From assembly GCA_038087875.1 (NCBI GenBank), contig CM075980.1, positions 62,248,001 through 62,312,000 on the forward strand: DNA of 64,000 bases, read 5' to 3'. Source of the DNA: Malacoraja senta. Taxonomy: Eukaryota. Made by a program: the position numbers and the translations under genes. The notes below the pieces were generated by a model, which was given only the letters and a program-made list of their open reading frames with translations, did not search any database and was not told the DNA's origin. Below, piece by piece: positions 1 to 11,503 of the stretch (within the stretch, counting starts at the first letter, position 1; every line of letters begins with the position of its first letter).

Positions 1-300
1 CATTTACAGGGCACGTGCTGTTGACTTGGCTCTCCTAATACAGTTGGCGTCGCCTCCTCCTTGACACCGAACTTTTCTATCTCGGGACTCCGCCAGAATG
101 GCCGAGTGCCCGCACAACACGGCTACCGCCGAGCCACAGCCTTAGTCCCCGCCCCGCACTGACATCATCAGGTCGGCGCAATCCCTCACTCCGCCCCGCA
201 TTGACATCATCAGGTCGGCGCTATCCCTCACTCCGCCCCGCACTGACATCATCGGTTCAGCTCCATCCCTCACTCCGCCACACACTGGCACCATCAGATC
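1..300. promoter_or_regulatory. CpG-rich promoter-like segment, probably of the gene downstream of CACNA2D2
   Basis: CpG density is high relative to the window and the segment is not a recognisable TE. It has repeated GC boxes (CCGCCCCGC), CRE-like TGACATCA motifs and an E-box CACGTG at 12-17. In human, TMEM115 lies just downstream of CACNA2D2 on the same strand (synteny inference only). Confidence 0.45.
149..300. repeat. 42-bp tandem repeat, about 3.5 copies
   Basis: Unit CCGCCCCGCACTGACATCATCAGGTCGGCGCAATCCCTCACT starts at 149, 191 and 233, with a partial copy at 275. No spacers. Confidence 0.9.
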
Positions 301-547
301 TACGACTGTCTTTGGTTAATACCACAATGACCACCTGGTGCATTTATGGCTCCGAAATGCGAGGATGTCGCACAAATGTTACAATAGGCATACAGATCTC
401 GAGAGAATAGTTGAATTCTATCAGAATTGCCACCCAGTTCCTGCTAGAAAGGCAAGTTGAAACAATATTAAATGTGAAAACATTTCTTGGGGTGTGGTCA
501 ATGGGAGGAAGGGGGTTGATGTGGGAGGAGCCTCCAGATCCAATATG

Positions 548-2325
548 TAGGAATGTTACAAAATTTTGAGATTTTAAAAATCAAGCCTGTAATTTATCCC
601 ACCAGATAAAGCATAAAAATAACTTTAATTTGGTACCTAATTCACTTTCATATCTTCAGTATTAAAAAAGTTATGGTCATTTTCATACTCGGAAATTAGC
701 ATCTTGTTCCCCATTGCTCTTCCATTGACAACACAAAAGCTGTGATCGAGGACGGTCAATTGACATAAAAGCCCATAACTTTCTTAAAAATTAAGAGAAC
801 TGAATGAAATTTTCAGTTATTATAGATTGAAGCATTCTGAAACAAATATGAAACATTTTACTTGGATGACCTGAAATTAATGCATATAATTAGTTAGTTA
901 ACTCATTGTAGCTAATTACAAAATTGACTGTTGTGACGTAAATAGTAATAAACACCCAGATTGCCTTGAAAATTCAAAAATTTGATATTCTCAAGATCAG
1001 AACTTTAATATTATTGTATTATATGCTGTAAGTCCGTAACAGACAGGTAAAGAAATTACAATTTCTAGCAAAAGACCAAGTCTTTATAGAGAAGATAACT
1101 GGTACATTAGCATATCACAATCAGTAGGATCATCATACTCCTCAGATTGTAACCAATAAGCAACTCTATACACCTTGTTTTTCCTCAACTTTTCAATTTT
1201 GGCATTGTAAACTACAAGTTTTTGCTCTTCAAACCACGCATGACATGCCTTTCTGCCCACTACTTTCCCATTAGAAATGTCCTGTAGATCATCACATTTG
1301 GAGTAGTCCAGATTCGGATAATCTCTGCAAATGCTGTCTAAATCAGTCTCTTTTGCTGGGCATTTGGATTGACAATTTTGCATTTCTTCTTTGGAGACAT
1401 CTGTTTAAAATGTAAAGAAAAACAACACTGAACAGCATTAACAGAAACAAGTTATTATTTGCAGTTTTAGAAAAAAAAGTAGAAATGATAAACTTAAACG
1501 TTAAAACAAATAGTAAATACCCCCCCAAAAAATCAGATTCATCAGTTTCATCAAATCAATTAAATTCATTTAATCAATTAAATTCATCTAAATTCAATTA
1601 CTAGATCTAAACATCTATCCATTTCTTAAAAGGCTAAAAAATTTAAATAACCAAAGTATCCAAAAAACAAATAAACTGATTCCATTCACACAAGAATTCA
1701 CAACATAACATGATTTTTAAATCTCACTTTGTCATGCATTTATGCCAAATGGAAGGAATTTCATGTTTAATGCCCATAAATTAATCCAGAAACATTCACT
1801 CTCAAGATAATCAAAATCATTATTGTTTGCACAATACATCTGACTAAAACTGTACTGTGGATATTTAGTATGAAAATATTGATCATGGATAGACAATAAC
1901 ACAAAATATAGATGATTTAGATGTTCTTATGACATGATTGTGCAAAAAAAGAATGAATTTGATTATCTTGAGAGTGGATGTTTCTGGAATGTGATCGATT
2001 GGAATGTGGCCGCTTGCCCCTATCGGCAGGCAAGACGCTGCCGATTTGTATCGGGGCCTAAATAACATTTTTCGCATCATAAGATTAAAATGGAGCCACA
2101 CCAAAAAGCAAGATAATATGTTAAATAAATGACATAAGTTTTTTTGTCCTGCACTTGCGATCCGTGATGTTGAAGGCGTTTTTAGTCGCATTTAAATTTA
2201 AACCAGCGACGCAATCGACCAGCAACTTTTTTTTAAAAAGGGGGGCGGGATCATAAAACAGATTTTCTTCATCAGCTAGCAGTCCGAGCAAATTCCTCTC
2301 CAACAACTAATACAAACCTGCAAAA
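548..2325 (-). mobile_element. Non-autonomous DNA transposon-like element A, copy 1
   Basis: Reverse-complement match to 55390-56823, with shared ORF remnants MQNCQSKCPAKETDLDS... and ...WLHFNLMMRKMLFRP.... The end TAGGAATGTTACAAAATT resembles the opposite end of copy 2, TAGCGTTATTACAAATT. Confidence 0.75.
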
Positions 2326-2770
2326 TCTTTATCATCGCCATCTTCAATGGGCAACCATTTAACTGAAACTATGTCTCAGCTTTAGATCCCACTACAAGGG
2401 AAAACATTCCCTCAACACCTCTTCAGTGAGGCCCCCAGATTCTCAGTAAGACTACCTCAAATTCTAAATTCCAATCTGTATGGGCTCAACCAGGTCAACG
2501 TTTTGTCTTCTTCATCCCACATATTATCGCAGTAAATCGGAACTGCTTCCAATACAGCTATGGAGTCACAAACCTGAATAGCCGTATCAAGACTTCTTTA
2601 CTTTAATTTCCTTATGTTGAATTCTTTAATTTTATGTAACTTATACAAAACTTCCCTCCTTTTGCCGTCCCCGTCCCCGTCCCCGTCCCCATCCTCCATT
2701 AAAAGCCGTTAACCAATTCCACAGTTCGCAACGATGTATCCCTCTTGGGATCACACTGTTCCTAGCCAAT

Positions 2771-4165
2771 AAGCGTTGGTATTCCGACTGTGCATGCCCA
2801 GGTCATAGGTCACTCGAGAAAAACATTCTCGACAGCTGAGCTGCTGTGTGTATACAGACCTGCGTTTCATCCGTAGTCATGATCGAACCGGGTCTCCGGC
2901 GCTGCAAGTGCTCTTGAATTGCTACTGGAGTTAGCGACACTATTTCTCCATTCTCCACTGGTCCATGCAGAAACCTCAGCAGTCACAATCTAATGAATCA
3001 CGGTCCGGTCCCCCTCAGCCTGGGTGTATGGGTTCCATTCTCATTCGTTTTGCCCTCCCGGGTTATAACAGGGTTATTATACAGGGGCGAACCACGGACC
3101 CCTCTCCTGCATAACCCCAGGAGGAAGATTTATGAGCGGTGTCTCATTACCGTCCCCTCCCGAGTGTCCCATTCCTGTCCGGCTGCAGTAACTCAGCGGG
3201 TCAGGCAACATTTCTGGAGAAGGGTCTCGACCCGAAACGTCACCTATTCCTTTTCTACAAATATGCTGCCTGTCCCGCTGAGTTACTCCAGGGTTTTGTG
3301 TGTATCCCCGTTGATGACTGGTGCTCGGCTTTCGCCGGCAGTGAGGGAGTTAACCGACAGCCACTGGATAAGGCGAGAGGTGCAGCGGACGGTCCCCGGC
3401 CCATCGGGGAACGGGTTCCTCGGTACTCGGAGCAGAGTTGAGCTGGAGTTACTGCTTCTTCTCCGCGCTGGCTGTAAGCCTGGGGCTGCCACTGGTCTGG
3501 GCCAGTGTCCCGTCAGTCCAGGGTCACCCGGACATCTCCGGTCGCCTCCGGACAGGGATGGGACCATCGGGAGGGGACGGGGACGATCCAGTAGCAATTC
3601 AACAGTGCTTGCAGCGCCGGAGACCCGGGTTTGATCCTGACTACGGATGAAACGCAGGTCTGTACACAAGCTGAAGCTCAGCTGCTGAGAATGTCTCTCC
3701 GCCGGTCCGATCTCTCCCCCTGTCTCCCACTCGCATCTGGCCCCTCTCGCTGTTACACCCCGCTCTCCCGCTACCTGGCACCCCCGTTCCTCAGATTAAA
3801 TATATTTTTACACATAAATTATGAATCAAGATAAGAAAATGTTTCAAACACGTCATATTTTCTTATTCCAGTAGCAAACACATTAAGGATTAAATGAAAA
3901 TAATAAATTATTTAACTTTTTGAATATCTCATAATTGCAGATTAATGAACTGAACTAGAACTGGGACTGTGTAAGTAGTGTGTGAACAGCAGAACAAGAA
4001 AGGAAGCTATTGCGTTGACAGAATTCTAGATTAATTAATTGGTAGAATGGTTAACAATTTATACACAGTTTACAAAGCCAGCGCTTCATTCGCTTTTTCT
4101 TTATCACAAATGACCTTTGACAAATCCCATGATTCCTTGCGTTTTTCGGAATACCGAACTCGCTT
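2771..4165. mobile_element. Composite non-autonomous TIR element B with AT target-site duplication
   Basis: Imperfect TIRs AAGCGTTGGTATTCCGA and (reverse complement) AAGCGAGTTCGGTATTCCGA. AT is duplicated at 2769-2770 and 4166-4167. The flanks rejoin into a Penelope-derived repeat (cctagccaat|aatcggcctatc). Confidence 0.65.
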
Positions 4166-4167
4166 AT

Positions 4168-4360
4168 AATCGGCCTATCGGAACCACCCTGCCTGATGTC
4201 ATCTGTTGCCGCTCTGATTTGTCCTGGTCATTTCTTGCTTTCAGTTCCTCCCCTCCTACAATCACTCAGGGAGAGTCCTGACACAAAATGTCACCTATCT
4301 ATTTTCGCCAGAGATGCTGCCTGACCCACTGAGTTACACCAGCATTTTGTGCCTATCTTC
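4168..4360 (+). mobile_element. Penelope-derived short repeat, 3' part (5' part at about 2700-2770), split by element B
   Basis: Degenerate hammerhead region followed by the family tail gagatgctgcctgacccactgagttacaccagcattttgtg. Confidence 0.6.
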
Positions 4361-4539
4361 CTTACTTTTATATTTCATTACTATTATAATAAAAGCCAAC
4401 ATACATTTTTCATTTATATTTGCATCACCTGTGTGCTTAGCTTTTGTGTTTCACATACAAGGATATTTTAATCCGCCAGTGCAGTCTGCGGGCTCTTACG
4501 AAACTAAACAGTGGTTCACAAAGGTCTTCAAAAAGGCTA

Positions 4540-5310
4540 TACAGCAAGGAAACAGGGCCTTTAGCCCACTTTGTCGATGCTGATCAAGTTGGTATACTAG
4601 ACTAGGCCCATTTGCCTGCATTTGACCCATAGTCCTCTAAACCCTTCCATTTATCTATCAAAATGTCTTTTAAAAGTCGTAATTGTACCTGCTTTTATAT
4701 CTCCCTCTGGCAGCTCGTTCCACATAGACAGAAAAGTTACCTTGAGGTCACTCTGTAATCTTTCCCCTCTCGCCTTAAGCATATGCCCTCCAGTTTTAGA
4801 ATCCTCTACCCTGGGAAAAGGATGGTGAGCATTCACACCATCCATGCCCCTTAAGATCTTGTACTCCTCAATAAGATCACTCCTCAACCTCTTAAGCGTT
4901 AAAGGGAAATGTCCCAGCCTATCTAACCTCTCCTTATAACTCAAGCCCGCAAACCCGGGAAACATCCTGGTGAATCTCTTCTGCACCCTTTCCACCTGAA
5001 TGAGAACCTTCCCAGAACTGCAAAAGTGGCTTAATCAACAGCTTGTACATCTGTATCATGATCTATGGGCCAACCCATGCCCTCTAATTCTCGATTCCCC
5101 TACCCTGGGAAAAAGTCTGTGCATTCACCCTATCTATTCACCTCATATTTTAAAACACTTCTATAAGATCATGCCTTAATCTTCTGAACTCTAAGGAATA
5201 AAGTCCTAGCCTGTTCAAACTCTCCGTATAAATCAGGACCTTGAGTCCTGGCAACATCCTCGTAATCTTCCCTGCACCCCATCCAGTTTAATGGCATGTT
5301 TCCTATTGCA
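4540..5310 (-). mobile_element. CR1-clade LINE 3' fragments
   Basis: Minus-strand ORF ERVQKRFTRMFPG...LSYKERLDRLG...RLRSDLIE is the CR1 ORF2 C-terminus. A second fragment lies at about 5070-5310. Confidence 0.85.
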
Positions 5311-5459
5311 AAGAGGAGCTCTCTCATTGCATGGGGAAAAAAACAAGGTTGGAACTGCAGATAGCAGAGATTTATTGAAAAAATACAGCTTTTGAAGGTG
5401 GACAGTGGTGTGGAGTGCCTATCTCTTTAAGAGACTTATTTTGCGAAGATTGTGACAGA

Positions 5460-5915
5460 TGTAGTGGCCATTTGGCTTGTTTTGTGTGTCATTAACTATG
5501 GCTTGTGTCTTTAAATTTTAGACTGCCCGTTATATTGTGGGTGGGATTTATGACGTATTTTAGGGCATGTTTGGAGCTAAGTTTCTTGCGCAGAAGCTTA
5601 GTTCTTACTGTAGTTTGGGAACAGCATGAGGAAGGTTCACCCTTTGACCATGCGAAGCGTAACGGAGACACAAGGAGTTTTCTAACCTTTAAAGCTATAA
5701 GCTGGAGTTCGATGAAGATTATAGTGTACGAGTCGGAAGAAGTTTGGATGTACCTTATTGTTTTTCATCAACAATAAAGAACTTATTAATCAAAAGGACT
5801 GTGTTTTGAAGATTTATCTGTGAAGAAACTCTGAAGGTCTCAGACGGAGAGCTTGCAGTCCACTTAGCGGCTAGAGGGAGTAATCTCTTGAACGATATAA
5901 AAATCTGCTGCTACA
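5460..5915 (+). mobile_element. Solo LTR (456 bp)
   Basis: TGTAGTGGC...GCTGCTACA termini (TG..CA with a short inverted repeat), a perfect 5-bp TSD ACAGA at 5455-5459 and 5916-5920, and an internal AATAAA at about 5773. Confidence 0.8.
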
Positions 5916-6785
5916 ACAGATTTTCTGGAGGAATTTTGGGTAAGTTTGGCGGAGGCGGAGATGGCTGGAGGATTGCGAGGGTGAAACTACGAGTCAGAAG
6001 GCAGCTGATGGAATTGCCTTTTTGTTGTTGTTTTCGGTGAACTACCCCCCCCCCCCCACCCCATCTTTGTTTTGCCTTGCTCATTCGGGTTTGGAAGGTT
6101 GACGTCTCGGACATTCATGGGGCCCAGGCTGGACTTGCAGCATAGGCCTCTCCTGAGCTGCAGATTCATAAGATTGATTTCAATGAGGCGAGGATGGGAG
6201 ATGGTTGGAAGCAGGCTGTTGTCATAAGAGGACAGATTAAGTACACAGGTTCTCAACTTGGAGACATGAAGGATGTTCCCAATGTACTAAATTCTTACAG
6301 GCTTGATACTGATGGATGAAAAAACAGAGGCCCCAATCTGAAAATGAGGGTTTGATCATTCAGGATGAGATGAGAAGAAATTTCTTCAGCCATAGTGTGG
6401 ATGATTATTGAATTGTATACCTCTTGAGTCAGAGTCATAGAGTGAAACATTGTGGAAACAGGCCCTTTGGCCCAACTTGCCCACACTGGCCAACAATGTC
6501 CCAGCTACACTAGTCCCACTTGCCTACGCTTGGTCCATATCCCTCCAAACCCGTCCTCAGGAATTCAGTAGAGCAAAAAACAAAGTACTGGAGGAACACA
6601 ACGGGTCAGGCAGCACCTGTGGAAGGAATGGGCAGATGATATTTCAGGTTGGGAAGGGTCCCAATCCAAAACATCATCCATTATCTCCCTCCACAATTGC
6701 TACCTGATCCACTGAGTTCTTCCAGCACATTATTTTATGTCTTCTGAAGGTCTGTTCCTTGCTAGTAGATTAATAGATGATAGAT

Positions 6786-7020
6786 CTTGAACATTGAATT
6801 CTCCCAATTTTGCTAGCCCTTGCTGTCTCCTCCCCTTCATCAGCCCTCTGGTTGTCTCCTCCCATCCCTCAGGCTCCTCCTCCACCTTTTTTCCTTTTTT
6901 CCTTTCTTCTCGCCACCCCCTATCAGTCTGAAGAAGGGTTTCGGCCCGAAACGTTGCCTATTTCCTTCGCTCCATAGATGCTGCTGCACTCGCTGAGTTT
7001 CTCCAGCATTATTGTGTACC
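6786..7020 (+). mobile_element. Penelope-like element 3' end (235 bp) with 14-bp TSD
   Basis: TSD AATAGATGATAGAT at 6772-6785 and 7021-7034. Pyrimidine-rich tract, hammerhead core and family tail. Confidence 0.8.
6925..6958 (+). ncRNA. Minimal type I hammerhead ribozyme motif
   Basis: CTGAAGA (6928-6934), then stem II GGGT-TTCG-GCCC, then GAAA, then CGTT. This matches the CUGANGA...GAAA...UH core with the vestigial palindromic stem III known from Penelope-like elements. Confidence 0.6.
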
Positions 7021-8324
7021 AATAGATGATAGATGTTTGGATATGAAGGGAGTTAAGGGATGTAACAATAGGGTAGGAAGTCGGTGCTGAAGTAAAAGAT
7101 CAGCCATGATCTAGTTAGATGATGGAGATGGAAGAGGCATGAGGGGTTGGTCCACTTCTGTTCCTATTATGTTATTATGCTCCCCCAGCTTCACTACAAT
7201 TTCCACGTAACTGAAGGTCTTTGCCCCAGAACCTTTTGAGCAAATCTATTCTGCTCCCTTTCCAATGCTCTCACATTTTTTCTAAATCATTGGCCACATT
7301 GAACGAAATACTCGATTTTTTAATCGTCCAACGTTTCTTACTCCCTTTTGCCTTGCCCTTTTCGCTAACAGTAACCCACATAGCTTGAACTTTCACTTGT
7401 TTTTTAATCCTTGCCTGTCAATGCCTTTTTCACTGTTTTGTGAATTTATCTTTCAAAATGAGTGTACAATTTTGCATTTGTCCAGTCCACTGCCATATCC
7501 TGGAAGATTATGGACAGTATGTATGCAATTTCCACCATCATTCCTCAGTAATCTAGAACACATCCTATCCAGACATGGTGACGTTGCTACCTTAAGTACA
7601 GTTGGTCTTTCTGTTAACCTTTGTTTTTAATTGCTGGCTTATGTGTTATCTCAGCAACCTTTGCCTTTATTAAGACTTTGTCAACACCTTTGTCTTTCAA
7701 ACCTTTGCCATACCTCCATCTCCATCTTTATCCCGAATCAGTCCCAAGCCTATGACAGATTGATCATTATTTGCTGTGGCACACTTTTGGATTCCTTTCA
7801 GTGAATGGTGTGAACCTGCTTTCAAATTATTTCTTTGCCATTCCTATTTCAATGTTTAGCTTATTTTCACTATCAACCTGACATCTTTCAAACATATTTT
7901 CTGCTTTAGTTTATTCTCTTATCCATTGTTATCCATGGAGTTCTAGCATTGAGGAGTGATGTAGATATATCATATCTGATCCACACCCACTTAAGGGCCA
8001 CCCTTTGTTCAATTTCAAATTTTCATGCCAATCTCTTATTACAATTAAGCCGAACAGATTCGTATACACAGATTCATATAAAACCTCTGAAATTGTTTTT
8101 TTCTAATAAATATCTTTATCCTGATCCATGTTCTTTTCCATAGCCTAAATCTATGATCACTGTTTCTAAAATATTACCTCGCTGATAATTGCTCACTTTA
8201 TCAATCTCATTCCTCAGAATCATATCCAGCAAAGAATGCCTCCTTCCTCATTGGGCCAAAAGTGCACTAATGAAGAATACACTCACGGATAACATTCAGA
8301 ATTTTAATTTGCCACTGTCATGTT

Positions 8325-8600
8325 TAGTTTAGTTTAGAGATACACTTTGTATCCAGTGATCCCGCACATTAACACTATCCTACACACACTAGGGACAATT
8401 TACAATTATACCAAGCCAATTAACCTACAAACCTGTACGTCTTTGGAGTGTGGGAGGAAACCGGAGCTCCCAGAGAAAACTCACGCAGGTCACGGGGAGA
8501 ATGTACAAACTCCGTACAGACAGCACCCGCAGTCAGGATTAAACCCGGGTCTCTGGCGCTGTAAAACAGCAACTCTACCCCAATGCCACAGTACTGCCCT
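8325..8600 (-). mobile_element. tRNA-derived V-SINE (HE1-like)
   Basis: Reverse complement of the V-domain ctccggtttcctcccacactccaaagacgtacagg, a B-box-like head near 8535-8550 and a (taaac)n tail. Confidence 0.8.
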
Positions 8601-8719
8601 GCATGTCATTAGTCTATATTAGGATGGTTGAAACCTGTCATAAGCATGATAGTTCATGCAGTTTTATATCTTCTAATATTCCAGAAAAATAATTAACTTT
8701 GTATAGTATGAAAAAACAA

Positions 8720-8880
8720 CACAAAGTGCGGGAGTAACTCAGCGGGTCATGCAGCATCTCTGGATTGCAACCCGAAACATCAACTATCCATGTTCTCCAG
8801 TGTTGCTTGGCCCACTGAGTTACACCAGCACTTTGTGCCTTTTTGTTCGTAAACCAGCATCTGCAGTTCCTTGTTTCCAC
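8720..8880. mobile_element. Penelope-derived fold-back repeat
   Basis: Arms at about 8720-8764 and 8794-8837 are reverse complements around a cccgaaacatc hammerhead remnant. Confidence 0.7.
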
Positions 8881-9966
8881 ATTTGTATAATCTGACATTG
8901 CATGTGGCAGTAGTGCTGGAGTGATACCTGTATTTCTTTATGAATGATTAAGGTGAATGTTTATAAAGAAGGATGGTGGTATTTTGAGTGATTGCAATTG
9001 GAAAGTACTTTGATCTGATTTGATCTATGATGCCACATTGAGGGGTAGTTTTAGCAGCTTGGTGTCTTGGACAATACTACTCTGAAGCCACTGTTTGTAC
9101 TGAGCCCTCAGGAGTTAATATTGAATGTAACAATTTCAGGTAACCTTTTCAGGTAACCAGCCTTTTCTATCTGTGTCAGAGCTGACCAGTTCTAATGTCA
9201 GACTATATGTCAGGCAACATCAATGCAATATTTATTTTTCTGTAGATGCTGCCTGCTCTGATGAGCGTTTCCAGCATTCTTTTGGCTTCACATTTCCAGC
9301 AATTATGCTTAGTATATACAGGAACTTGATAGTGACAAACCATCTAAGCACTTCAAGAGTTTGAACATCTCTTAGTGCTACATCAGCGTGCAGATGCTTA
9401 TGTTTTAAAATGTACAGTGACATGTTTAAGAATTAACAAAGTCTGGGCACTTTCCCATCAACTAAATAACATTTCCTATTGAGTGAGATTTTTACTACAG
9501 TTGTTCACTGATGTAATGTAGAAAGGTATTGCAAGAAAATTTTACAGGGTGCCAGGCAAAATGGAGCAATATTTGTTAAGAATAACTCTTGTTAGTACTG
9601 AAGTACTGATACTAAAATTGCACCATTGCTCTGGGCATTGAGACCTAGTCATACCTGTCAGAGTTACATTGTGAGACTCTGGTACGGCAGTCATGCTTAG
9701 TTTCAACATCATAGTGTAGTGCTCCTTATTAGACCTTCAGACAGTTTTTTCACTCATACCTTATGAAGTTCGTTTAAATACCATGGACCGATTGGACCCG
9801 ACTGTATAAACATTTATCTTGTTACCCGTAGGAAAGGGTGTTCCACATCTGCATTTTGAGATGCTACTGCTTATTCAGAGAGCCGATGGGGACAGTATAA
9901 TCCAAGCAAATAAAAGTTATTCACATGAAAATGAGCAAGAAACAGACATTTTTTTTGGATATGAAG

Positions 9967-9972
9967 TTTATT
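9967..9972 (-). terminator. Candidate polyadenylation signal of CACNA2D2
   Basis: AATAAA on the minus strand, followed about 20 nt later by a GU/U-rich tract (tgtctgtttcttgctcattttc). It implies a ~1.4 kb TE-free 3'UTR. An alternative AATAAA lies at about 10520. Confidence 0.45.
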
Positions 9973-11374
9973 TGTGAGTGAACCACCATATATATAAGTA
10001 ACATACCTAAAGAGTAATGTCCTCTGCTGATGGTAGAGATTTTTATATAGGGAGGTTAGATATCTAACAGGTGTTGGAAATTCACTCACTATAGCCACCT
10101 AGAGTGTCTATAGTGTAACAATATCACAGCACTTAAACGTCCAATAAATGCTACACTTACTGACTTTTTGTTCGACGATTTCTTGGACATTATTCTTTCA
10201 AATTGTTGACCTTCCTTAAGGAACAGATGCACAAATAATGAGCCCTGTCTGTTGGCAATACTTACGCAGCTTACAAATAACGTAACATACATCCTTTCTC
10301 TCAAGGAACATCTTGCAAGGGACTTGACAACACGCTCAACCAACCTGAACTAACATATATTTTGCAAACTCTCAATCACCAAGGTCACTTACAATTATCT
10401 ATAAGTAGCACATGGTAGATAGGGGAGGTTAGAACAAGGCTCCTCATCTATTAGTGAAAATCACTCCTCTGCCCTTCTCCCCAGTTCCTGTGCAAAATAA
10501 ACTTTTTACACCGAACCCATTTATTTTGTAGTTCTCTTAAAGTTGCCTGTTACCTGCACCTGCACACTGTTCCACAGTTACAGCCGGGATGCAAGCAACA
10601 GTTGGAATGTGGATAACAGCTGGATAACTGGAACCTCTGACAGAGCACCTGCCTAGCAACAGTCCCTGTGCTTGGATGAAAGAACATTTAAGTTTAAAAG
10701 ATTGTTTAACATGAGTTTAAAAGAACTTATGAGGTACATATTTAAGTATTGAGAACAGTGATCTCCCTGAATAAAAAGTGGAAGCTGTGGTATAAAAACG
10801 ATTCTGGCAACTGGAAGATGACGATGGAAAACATGCTCCTGTTTGCTGATTTCATAACATTACAACTTTTACCAAATCTGTTGGAGAACTGTCCTGTGAT
10901 TTCAGCTTTCCTTCAAAGCCATCTCATTTGGCAAAACTAAGTATTGCATAAATAAATGCAACCTGTCAAAAGCAGATAAAAGCAGAATATACCAATGGAT
11001 GTAACAATATCCAGTAACACTGAAACTGCCAAGATCTCCTATTAAAAGTAAAGAGAAGGTCAGGAAAGCAGCGAGGCCAACACAAGGTGACAAAAGGGCT
11101 CCTCTTGCATTTCCCATCTTCTTAACTCATGTAAAGGGTCTTCCACAAAGTAGATCCATGAAATCCTGCTTTCCCCACAAGTTATCTTGCCAGGAAAATA
11201 TTGGTTGTCCAAACGACCACAATAGACCAGCTCCACACACACACACAGTTTGCAGCTCCACCACACGACAACACGGAGATGTGAGACTGGAATGAAGAAT
11301 TAGGCTTCCGGGGGAGGGAAGTCCTCAGCCATGAGAACCACACAGCTGATATCTAGTTACAGAATGGTCCCAAA

Positions 11375-11503
11375 TCAAAGGCCGCTGGCCAATGGAAAAA
11401 GGTTGAGGTTGGTAGTCCAAGAAAGGAGAAACAGTTGCAAAGCCAGCAAGGTGCAGAACGAGGGGATCAACATAACTCCACCGCCACAGTCCGAGGTATT
11501 TTC
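11375..11503 (-). CDS. CACNA2D2: alpha2delta-2 last coding exon: ENTSDCGGGVMLIPSFCTLLALQLFLLSWTTNLNLFPLASGL* (GPI signal)
   Basis: Acceptor ttgcag, phase 0, TGA at 11377-11375. Matches human [27 protein letters not shown]. Confidence 0.93.
   Translation of the reverse strand, partial: ENTSDCGGGVMLIPSFCTLLALQLFLLSWTTNLNLFPLASGL

Noticed and set aside
1-3. Minus-strand ATG at the window edge as the start codon of the next gene
   Set aside because: Weak Kozak context (T at -3) and no downstream sequence is available to test it.
149-300. CRISPR-like repeat array
   Set aside because: Units are head-to-tail without unique spacers, there are no cas genes, and the context is vertebrate.
2993-3669. 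213-aa and overlapping ORFs as a protein-coding gene
   Set aside because: They run through SINE- and Penelope-derived fragments inside GC-rich element B and show no recognisable domain.
10170-10345. Exon-like segment with AG/GTAAG sites on the minus strand
   Set aside because: It lies past the CACNA2D2 stop within the probable 3'UTR, and the translation resembles no known protein.
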